13,329 nt of DNA from an uncultured archaeon (GTDB lineage Archaea > Asgardarchaeota > Heimdallarchaeia > Heimdallarchaeales > Heimdallarchaeaceae): the NCBI GenBank assembly GCA_964534625.1, contig CAZHRF010000058.1, forward strand, positions 1 through 13,329, in the 5' to 3' direction. The translations under genes were made by a program, and so were the position numbers. The notes beneath the pieces are model-generated. The model was not told where the DNA came from. It searched no databases and saw nothing but the letters and a program-made list of their open reading frames with translations. Positions 1 through 6,822 of the stretch are shown in pieces (positions within the stretch are counted from its first letter, which is position 1; every line of letters begins with the position of its first letter).

Positions 1-83
1 TTCAACCCACAACTACACACAAACACGCCGACCCGTATGTCTTCGTTTTTTTCTGCTTCTACTGGTTTTGTTTCAGTTGTCAC
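1..83 (-). CDS. hdrA: 5' end of a third HdrA-family protein (partial, runs off the window)
   Basis: Manual translation from GTG at 83-81, which overlaps the TGA of the upstream ORF (GTGA), gives MTTETKPVEAEKNEDIRVGVFVCSCGL(N). This matches the HdrA N-terminal motif RIGVFVCHCGxNI seen in the other two copies. Confidence 0.85.
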   Translation of the reverse strand, partial: MTTETKPVEAEKNEDIRVGVFVCSCGL

Positions 84-1342
84 TGTGCATCACTCTTATA
101 TTCTTTTAGTTCTGGTATTTTATTCACAAAGTCTCGTATTTTCTTCATTGATCTTGCATTTTCAGCCAGATTAACTCGTTTTTGACCGAGAAATTCACTA
201 ACGACTGATGTCCAAGCAGCTGAGAACCCAGTATCTTGGTCAACTAATATTCTATTTCGTTTAATCGTGATAGCATCTTCTGGACAAGCTGTTGCACACG
301 CTCCACATAGCACACATACTTCTGTATCAATTCGTACGTGCTTTCCATCTCTTTCTATAACATTAATTGGACAGGACCATACACACTCTTCACATCGCTC
401 GGGACATTTGCTTTCATCCACTATGACATCTCCTGTAAATAATCGTTTTATAGGTACTGAATCAAATCCTATACAATGTTCTGGATCTACTATATGTGCT
501 GCAGGTACTGCTTGGGGGAATTTAAGATATATTGCTTTTCTTTTTGAGAATCCCTCATTATATTCACTTTCTACTATTGCTGGGCATACATCTACACAAT
601 CATCACAGATCGTACATTCGTCTTCTATTACATATCTTGGTTTTTTCTTTATTTTTACTTTAAAGTTCCCCACATACCCACCTACTTCTTCAACTTCACT
701 ATTTGTGAGTAAGGTTATATTTGGGTGTCGGCTAACCGCCACCATTTTAGGTGTAAGAATACATTGGGAACAATCAAGTGTGGGAAAAGTTTCAGCCAAT
801 TGAGCCATTTTCCCTCCAATTGTTGAATCTTTTTCTACTAGTGTCACTTTGTATCCAGAATCAGCTATATCCAGTGCTGCTTGTATTCCCGCTACTCCCC
901 CACCTATTACAAGTGCTTTTCTTTCTACGGGTATTTTTATTGGTGTTAATGGTTCAGCTTTTGATATTTGTTCTATTGCTGCTCTAATTATCCTAATTGC
1001 TTTACTTGTTGCTTCTTCAACATCTGATGTCACCCATGAACATTGTTCTCGTATATTAGCCATTTCAACTAAATATTTATTTAATCCTGCATCAACCGCT
1101 GCTGTCCTAAATGTATCTTCATGCATATCTCTTGAACAAGCAGCTACTACTACTCTATCCAAGTTGTACTCATTTATTGCATCTTTCAACATGTTTTGAC
1201 CAGGATCCGAACACATATACGGATTTGATTCACAAAATACTACATCAGGATGTTCTCTAATTGTATTAACAACTCTGTCTATACCGACAGTTTGAGCTAT
1301 GTTTCTGCCACAATGGCAAACAAAAACGCCTATTCTTGTCAT
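80..1342 (-). CDS. Chimeric HdrA-like protein: HdrA residues 1-292 fused to a 2x[4Fe-4S] polyferredoxin C-terminal module (FwdF-like); may be a deletion product
   Basis: aa 1-292 are colinear with the 652-aa HdrA (about 46 differences by hand count, ~84% identity) and contain VCHCG, NIREQCSW, GGGVAG, TFPTLDCSQC and CxxCxxCxxxCP. After HCIG the similarity stops, and the tail has CPERCEECVWSCP, CVLCGACATACP and SAAW. Confidence 0.85.
   Translation of the reverse strand: MTRIGVFVCHCGRNIAQTVGIDRVVNTIREHPDVVFCESNPYMCSDPGQNMLKDAINEYNLDRVVVAACSRDMHEDTFRTAAVDAGLNKYLVEMANIREQCSWVTSDVEEATSKAIRIIRAAIEQISKAEPLTPIKIPVERKALVIGGGVAGIQAALDIADSGYKVTLVEKDSTIGGKMAQLAETFPTLDCSQCILTPKMVAVSRHPNITLLTNSEVEEVGGYVGNFKVKIKKKPRYVIEDECTICDDCVDVCPAIVESEYNEGFSKRKAIYLKFPQAVPAAHIVDPEHCIGFDSVPIKRLFTGDVIVDESKCPERCEECVWSCPINVIERDGKHVRIDTEVCVLCGACATACPEDAITIKRNRILVDQDTGFSAAWTSVVSEFLGQKRVNLAENARSMKKIRDFVNKIPELKEYKSDAQ
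467..1342 (-). repeat. Diverged direct repeat of 2973..3848 (5' 876 bp of hdrA)
   Basis: Gap-free codon alignment with identical tracts at 819-861=3325-3367 (43 bp), 900-939=3406-3445 (40 bp) and 1028-1066=3534-3572 (39 bp). Confidence 0.95.
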
Positions 1343-1378
1343 CCTTTTTTCTTCCTTTTTCTACTTTTTATAATTTTA

Positions 1379-1488
1379 AATTAATCTTCTTTATTATGTC
1401 CATTCTTAAATGCCTTTTAACTTCATTATACCAAGGAAACAAGAACCTTTTTTTTATTATTGAGATTCTGTTCCATTAATAATCACAA
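1379..1488 (-). pseudogene. Probable decayed relic of the korD 5' region (alternatively a conserved cis-regulatory leader)
   Basis: 1456-1483 matches 6753-6780 at 24/28 nt. Weaker colinear similarity continues downstream (TTTCCTTGGTATAATG vs TTTTCTTGATAAAAAG; TTAAAAGGC vs TTAGAAAGGGC). In the korD frame it reads VIINGTESQ* versus FIINGTRSQK. Confidence 0.5.
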
Positions 1489-1526
1489 ATATTATACTTA
1501 AGTCGTTGAAGTCTTCATTAGCGCCA

Positions 1527-1534
1527 TTTATAAA
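1527..1534 (-). promoter_or_regulatory. Putative archaeal TATA box (TTTATAAA) for the chimeric hdrA/hdrA3 unit
   Basis: Consensus TATA box. It lies 44 nt from the 28-nt leader motif, nearly the same offset (43 nt) as the TATA box upstream of korD. Confidence 0.55.
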
Positions 1535-1655
1535 GTTATAGATGAGTATATGTTCCATAATTACACACCAGTTGAATTTGTTTTAAGTGAGTGGTAGAAA
1601 AGATCCGATAATATTCATGAGTAAGCTATATTATGCTTTAATAAATTGATTTCTT

Positions 1656-1685
1656 AAAAAAATACAAGAATGTTCTAATTTTTTT
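1656..1685 (-). terminator. Putative oligo-T terminator (A7...T7 imperfect dyad) for the kor-hdrA operon
   Basis: Minus strand reads AAAAAAATTAGAACATTCTTGTATTTTTTT. It is the first T7 run downstream of hdrA (1890) and abuts the mini-element. Confidence 0.45.
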
Positions 1686-1846
1686 ATGAACTACTCCACC
1701 CCAAGTGATGGAGTTTCCTGATTCATAGAAGCAACCTCAAAAGAAAAAGAATAACGAACTCTACGGCCAAATAAGTATAACAATTTACTTGTTATATTTC
1801 GCCATTCATCCCACCCCCAAGTGAGTGGGCATTCTGGCTAGGTAAG
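1686..1846 (-). mobile_element. Non-autonomous IS200/IS605-family miniature element (PATE/MITE-like), 161 bp, without tnpA or tnpB
   Basis: Minus strand: TTTAC|CTTACCTAGCCAG-AATG-CCCACTCACTTGGGGGTGGG-ATGAATGGCG (left-end hairpin) ... CTATGAATCAG-GAAA-CTCCATCACTTGGGGTGGAG-TAGT-TCAT| (right-end hairpin). The two subterminal imperfect hairpins are related and in direct orientation, with no terminal inverted repeats or target duplication. Guide/cleavage pairs AATG/TTAC and GAAA/TCAT fit IS608-type pairing rules. The left boundary could alternatively be 1841 (second TTAC). Confidence 0.85.
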
Positions 1847-1889
1847 GTAAATGAAACTCATTACATTTGGTAAATCTTTGCTAATTTTA

Positions 1890-3848
1890 CTATCTTACTT
1901 CCGATAACAATGCCTTTATCCTATTGCTTAAGGTTTCATAGGTTGAATTCCGTAATTCAATACTACCCGATGGACATGCTGCTACACAAGAACCACATCC
2001 TTCGCACAATGCTTCATTTATTTCTATTCTATCTGAATTGGCATTGAATGATATTGCATCATACGGACAAATATATGTACAGGTCATGCAAATTCCACAT
2101 GTTCTTTGATTTACTACTGCAACTATGGGATCACGTTCTAGAAGTTCAGCTGATAAGATTTCGAGTGCCATAGCTGAAGATCCAGAAGCTGAAGCGACGA
2201 CTTCAGGAATATCTTTTGGACCAGCTGCCGTACCAGCAATATAAACACCAGAAAGAGCCGTTTCTACAGGTTTAAGTTTTGCATGAGCTTCTTTTATGAA
2301 TCCAGTAGGATCAGAAGAGAGTTTAAGTAATTGAGCAATCTCTTTTGTACCTTCACTAGGAATAATTCCTGTTGCTAAAACCACCATATCAGCATGAATC
2401 TCAATTGTTTCTGCTGTAATAGTATTTACTCCCCGTACTAATACTTGATCTCCATCTTGCTGTAAATCTGAGATTTTTCCTCTAACAAACACAACTCTTT
2501 CTTGTTCTGTTGCGCGTTGATAAAACTCTTCATAATCTTTTCCTGCAGTACGCACATCTATGTAGAAATTATATGCCATCCCATCATGTACTAAATGTTT
2601 AAACTGTAAAGCATGTTTTGTCGAATACATACAGCATATTTTTGAACAATGAGGTAGATGTTTAGCAGGATCTCTAGACCCCGCACAATGTACAAACACT
2701 ATTGTTTTTACTAACTTACCATCAGATGGACGTCTTATTTCTCCTCCCGTTGGTCCATTAGAAGACAGTAATCGTTCAAACTGTAGCCCCGATATTACAT
2801 CAGGTATTGTTCCATACCCATACTCACCTATATTTTCTATTGAATATGTTTCATAACCCGTTGCCACTGTGATTGTACCATAGACCTCTTCAATTATTTC
2901 TGTTTTCATATCAAAGTCTATCGCTTCTCTTTCGCATGCTTCAGCACATTTACTACAAATAAGAGGATTTATTCCCAAGCAATCCTCGGGATCAATAATA
3001 TATGATGCAGGTATAGCTTGTGGGAATTTTATATATATTGCTTTACGTGGTGAAAATCCTTCATTATACTCACTTCTTACTGTAACAGGGCATACCTCGA
3101 CACAATCATCACAGATCGTGCATTCATCTTCTAGTACATACCTTGGTTTTTTCTTTATTTTTACTTTAAAACTTCCAACATATCCACTAACATCCTCAAT
3201 TTCACTATTTGTCAATAAAGTTATATTTGGGTGTCTACTCACCGCTACCATTTTAGGCGTAAGAATACATTGGGAACAATCAAGCGTGGGAAATGTTTCC
3301 GCCAGTTGTGCCATCTTTCCACCTATTGTTGAATCTTTTTCTACTAGTGTCACTTTGTATCCAGAATTGGCAATATTAAGTGCTGCTTGAATACCGGCTA
3401 TTCCTCCACCTATTACAAGTGCTTTTCTTTCTACGGGTATTTTTACTGGTATTAACGGTTCAGCTTTTGATACTTGTTCTATCGCGGCTCTAATTATTCT
3501 AATTGTTTTATCTGTTGCTTTTTCAGTATCTGCTGTCACCCATGAACATTGTTCTCGTATATTAGCCATTTCTACTAAATATTTATTTAATCCTCCATCC
3601 ACTACCGCTGCTCTAAATGTATCTTCATGCATGTCTTTCGAACAAGCAGCCACTACTACTCTATCTAGATCATGGTCTCTAATAGACTCTTTAACCATGT
3701 TTTGTCCTGGATCTGAACACATATACACATTAGATTCACAAAATACTACATCAGGATGGTTATTAATTGTATTCACAGCTCTTTCTATATCTACAGTTCG
3801 AGCTATGTTTCTGCCACAATGACAAACAAAAACACCTATTCGTGTCAT
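1890..3848 (-). CDS. hdrA: Heterodisulfide reductase subunit A family flavoprotein (FAD, multiple [4Fe-4S]), full length
   Basis: VCHCG, NIREQCSW, GGGIAG, TFPTLDCSQC, an inserted ferredoxin domain, VATGY, FERLL, HCAGSRD, CSKICCMYSTK, AGTAAGPKDI and a C-terminal 2x CxxCxxCxxxCP. The ATG overlaps the korC stop (ATGA, 3848-3845). Confidence 0.97.
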   Translation of the reverse strand: MTRIGVFVCHCGRNIARTVDIERAVNTINNHPDVVFCESNVYMCSDPGQNMVKESIRDHDLDRVVVAACSKDMHEDTFRAAVVDGGLNKYLVEMANIREQCSWVTADTEKATDKTIRIIRAAIEQVSKAEPLIPVKIPVERKALVIGGGIAGIQAALNIANSGYKVTLVEKDSTIGGKMAQLAETFPTLDCSQCILTPKMVAVSRHPNITLLTNSEIEDVSGYVGSFKVKIKKKPRYVLEDECTICDDCVEVCPVTVRSEYNEGFSPRKAIYIKFPQAIPASYIIDPEDCLGINPLICSKCAEACEREAIDFDMKTEIIEEVYGTITVATGYETYSIENIGEYGYGTIPDVISGLQFERLLSSNGPTGGEIRRPSDGKLVKTIVFVHCAGSRDPAKHLPHCSKICCMYSTKHALQFKHLVHDGMAYNFYIDVRTAGKDYEEFYQRATEQERVVFVRGKISDLQQDGDQVLVRGVNTITAETIEIHADMVVLATGIIPSEGTKEIAQLLKLSSDPTGFIKEAHAKLKPVETALSGVYIAGTAAGPKDIPEVVASASGSSAMALEILSAELLERDPIVAVVNQRTCGICMTCTYICPYDAISFNANSDRIEINEALCEGCGSCVAACPSGSIELRNSTYETLSNRIKALLSEVR

Positions 3849-4396
3849 TTTTTTACCTCTTTTGTATGATTTTTCCCTTTTTCAAATGCAATAAGGTTCT
3901 TCTCAACATATGCTGGTTTTATTTTTGCTTTAAGAGTTTGAATTATTGAATCTTCAGAAAATAGTTTTGAGTTTGCACAAATAAACCCTAACATGACTAT
4001 ATTCGCAAAAATTTTATTCCCCAGTGTTTCAGCTATTTTAGTTGCGGGGATTTTATGTATTTGTCGTGCCTTTTTAGCTCTATCATCTAACCGTACTAAA
4101 TTTTCTTCCAAAAACAAAATACCGCCTTCTTTTAGTTTGGGTATATATTTATCATACGCTTCTTCTGACATACTCACCAAATAATCTAGTTCCGTAGCAA
4201 GAGGATAATCAATCTCTTTCTCATCTATAACAATATCAGAGCTGCTAGCTCCCCCTCTGCTTTCAGGTCCATAACTTTGTGTCATTATAGAATTTTTCCC
4301 GTTTTCATACCGAGATATTGCTTCACCAACCAATCTCCCCATAAGTCCTATTCCCTGCCCGCCAAATCCACTAAATTTTACCTCAAGACGACTCAT
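3845..4396 (-). CDS. korC: 2-oxoacid:ferredoxin oxidoreductase gamma subunit
   Basis: SGFGGQG, SYGPESRGGAS, ANIVMLG and NLIAF motifs; 183 aa; operon context. Confidence 0.95.
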   Translation of the reverse strand: MSRLEVKFSGFGGQGIGLMGRLVGEAISRYENGKNSIMTQSYGPESRGGASSSDIVIDEKEIDYPLATELDYLVSMSEEAYDKYIPKLKEGGILFLEENLVRLDDRAKKARQIHKIPATKIAETLGNKIFANIVMLGFICANSKLFSEDSIIQTLKAKIKPAYVEKNLIAFEKGKNHTKEVKK

Positions 4397-4398
4397 TC

Positions 4399-5274
4399 TT
4401 ACAACCCCCTAGTTTTTGTTTTTTTTGCTATCTCTTGTATTTTTAGTAAGTTATCAGTTAATGTTGGTTTATCTTCAATATCCACAAATTTCCCAACGAT
4501 AATCGGTCCTTCTTTGTTGATGTCGGTTGTTTTAATATCAGCAAAATGCTTGATGACTGTTCTTTTCCTAAAATTCTCTAAAATTAAGCTCCCTTCTCTT
4601 AATTGATTCCTTCGTCCAAATGTTGTTGGACAAGAACTTAACACTTCAACAAAACTAAATCCATGTTTATTTATAGCCTCAACGAAAGAGTGTTTCATCC
4701 TTCTAACATCTAAAGCTGTCCATCTTGAGACATAAACTGCGTGTGTTGCTGCTGCTAATGATGGCAAATTGAAAGGCTCTTCAATTGTCCCATACGGTGA
4801 TGTTGATTGGTATTGCCCTATATAACTCGTTGGACCTACTTGTCCTCCAGTCATACCATAATTAAAATTATTAACACAAATAACTGTAATATCTGCATTG
4901 CGTCTAGCTGCATGAATGAAATGGTTACCGCCTATACTTGCTATGTCTCCATCCCCTGAAATTACAATAACCTTATTATCTGGATTAGTTACACTTAATC
5001 CAATAGCAAATGGGATCGCTCGTCCATGTGTAGTATGAAAAGAGTCGAAATTTAAATATCCTGCTATCCGTCCTGAGCATCCAATGCCCGATACAATAGA
5101 GATTGCATCTGAATCATACTTGGACTCTTTTATTGCTTCAATTAGGACATGTGTTATTGAACCAAGAGAACATCCAGGACACCAAATATGAGGTATTCTG
5201 TCTTGGCGTAAAAACTCGTCAGCTGGGTGTTCATGTGTTTCAATTAATTCATCTTTTATAATTTCTTCTGTCAA
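4399..5274 (-). CDS. korB: 2-oxoacid:ferredoxin oxidoreductase beta subunit (TPP-binding)
   Basis: WCPGC, SGIGC, HTTHGRA, GDGD...NN TPP motif, YGMTGGQ and CPT. The TTG start is 2 nt after the korA stop. Confidence 0.96.
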   Translation of the reverse strand: MTEEIIKDELIETHEHPADEFLRQDRIPHIWCPGCSLGSITHVLIEAIKESKYDSDAISIVSGIGCSGRIAGYLNFDSFHTTHGRAIPFAIGLSVTNPDNKVIVISGDGDIASIGGNHFIHAARRNADITVICVNNFNYGMTGGQVGPTSYIGQYQSTSPYGTIEEPFNLPSLAAATHAVYVSRWTALDVRRMKHSFVEAINKHGFSFVEVLSSCPTTFGRRNQLREGSLILENFRKRTVIKHFADIKTTDINKEGPIIVGKFVDIEDKPTLTDNLLKIQEIAKKTKTRGL

Positions 5275-5276
5275 AA

Positions 5277-6440
5277 TTAAACTCTCCTTTTTATTTCATC
5301 ATAAATTTCCTTTGGAGTATGAATAGATCCTCCGAGTTTGAACATCCCCACAACATTTGTCTTTCCATGTATTGTTCTTTCAACCTCTTTTGTTATTTGC
5401 CCATAATTCACTTCTGGTACAATTATTGCTTTACATTGGTCTGCAAGTTTTTGAATAAATTCATCTGGAAAAGGCCAAACAGTTCGCAATCTTAGAAAAC
5501 CAGCTTTAATGCCCTTTTCTCTCGCACGTATAACTGCGCCTTTTGCTGCTCGTGAACTTATACCAAAAGTTACTACTATGATTTCCGCATCAGTTAATTC
5601 ATATTTTTCCAGTTGGATTATTTTCTCTTTGTTTTTTCTGATTTTATCATTTATACGTCTGACATACTTCTCTTGTGCTTCAGCATTAATAACAGGATAT
5701 CCTCTTTCATCATGAGTTAATCCTGTTGTGATTACTTTATATCCTTCTCCAGCTGTAGCCATACGTGGTACAATGTCATTATCAATTAACTCATATGGAA
5801 GATACCCTTCTTTTGAGGAAGGTTTTTTTCTATTAACAATCTTAATTTCTTTTTTAGGTGGTATAACTAGTCTTTCACTCATATGACCAATAACTTCATC
5901 CATAAGAATAGTAACAGGCAAGCGATATTCTTCCGCAAGGTTAAAAGCTGTTATTGCTATGTCAAAACACTCTTGAACACTATTTGGAGAAACAGCTATA
6001 GGTTCATAATCCCCATGCGAACCATATCTTGTCTGCATAACATCTGATTGACCAACAAGAGTAGGTAAACCCGTTGAAGGACCTCCTCTTTGCACATTAA
6101 CTATAACACATGGTGTTTCTGTCATCATTCCCAATCCGATGTTCTCTAGCATTAACGAATAACCTGGTCCTGATGTTGCTGTCATACTTTTCCATCCTCC
6201 CCAACTCGCCCCCAAAATTGATGCTATAGAAGCTATTTCATCTTCAAATTGAATAAAATGTCCATTCACTTGAGGTAGACGAAGAGATATATGCTCTGCA
6301 GTTTCAGATGATGGTGTGATAGGATATCCTCCAAAAAATTTACATTCCGCAGCTATAGCTCCTTCTGCTACAGCTAAATTTCCAGAAGTAAAATATTCTC
6401 CAGTAAGAACTTCAGGTAAATCCAAAGAATTTTCATTCAC
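5277..6440 (-). CDS. korA: 2-oxoacid:ferredoxin oxidoreductase alpha subunit (start revised to GTG at 6440)
   Basis: GYPITPSSE, EDEIAS, ATSGPG and QRGGPSTGLPT motifs. The in-frame GTG at 6440-6438 overlaps the korD end and follows a purine-rich AAGGGGGAAAAG. The track start at 6536 would overlap korD by about 100 nt. Confidence 0.93.
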   Translation of the reverse strand: MNENSLDLPEVLTGEYFTSGNLAVAEGAIAAECKFFGGYPITPSSETAEHISLRLPQVNGHFIQFEDEIASIASILGASWGGWKSMTATSGPGYSLMLENIGLGMMTETPCVIVNVQRGGPSTGLPTLVGQSDVMQTRYGSHGDYEPIAVSPNSVQECFDIAITAFNLAEEYRLPVTILMDEVIGHMSERLVIPPKKEIKIVNRKKPSSKEGYLPYELIDNDIVPRMATAGEGYKVITTGLTHDERGYPVINAEAQEKYVRRINDKIRKNKEKIIQLEKYELTDAEIIVVTFGISSRAAKGAVIRAREKGIKAGFLRLRTVWPFPDEFIQKLADQCKAIIVPEVNYGQITKEVERTIHGKTNVVGMFKLGGSIHTPKEIYDEIKRRV

Positions 6441-6786
6441 CCATCTTTTCCCCCTTTTGATTAGAATTAAAAGAAGCTTCATCTGGCATTTCCAAGAATA
6501 TAGCAAATTCAGGACAGATAAGTTCACAAAAACCACAACTCGAGCAATTGGTAAAAGATTTATCTAGTTTGAGTTTAGGTGGATGATACCCTTTTTCATT
6601 TATATCTTCAGATTTCATAAGAATCTCTTCTGGACAATAATCAATACACCAGCCACATTCTTTGCATCTTTCCTTGATCAAGTATATCTTTGGTTTCGCC
6701 CTTTCTAAAAACTTTTTATCAAGAAAAGCAGGCCAACTTGGCTTTTTTCTCCATTTTTGAGATCTTGTACCATTAATAATAAACAA
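6433..6786 (-). CDS. korD: 2x[4Fe-4S] ferredoxin-like delta subunit of 2-oxoacid:ferredoxin oxidoreductase (start uncertain)
   Basis: CKECGWCIDYCP and CSSCGFCELICPEFAI, separated by the NEKGYHPP linker typical of KorD. First gene of the kor cluster. Only TTG starts are available in frame before the first Cys motif. Confidence 0.9.
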   Translation of the reverse strand: MFIINGTRSQKWRKKPSWPAFLDKKFLERAKPKIYLIKERCKECGWCIDYCPEEILMKSEDINEKGYHPPKLKLDKSFTNCSSCGFCELICPEFAIFLEMPDEASFNSNQKGEKMGE

Positions 6787-6822
6787 TCCATTTCTTGGTT
6801 AGATAAATCACTCAAATAGTTC

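Noticed and set aside
458-1232. 12-bp inverted repeat TGAATCAAATCC (458-469) / GGATTTGATTCA (1221-1232) touching the chimera junction
   Set aside because: Several 12-mer matches are expected by chance in 13 kb of AT-rich DNA. An inversion would destroy the ORF, and no recombinase is present.
1696-1828. Two similar CCACCCC(C)AAGTGA repeats as a possible mini-CRISPR
   Set aside because: Only two imperfect copies about 115 bp apart and no cas genes. They are fully explained as IS200/IS605 end hairpins.
80-3848. Selenocysteine recoding in HdrA
   Set aside because: The position that is Sec in some archaeal HdrA (TFPTxDCxxU) is a Cys codon in both copies. The TGA stops at 80 and 3845 overlap downstream start codons, and I recognised no SECIS.
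6441-6536. N-terminal extension of korA in the ORF track
   Set aside because: It overlaps the korD Cys motif region and is not KorA-like. GTG at 6440 fits translational coupling better.
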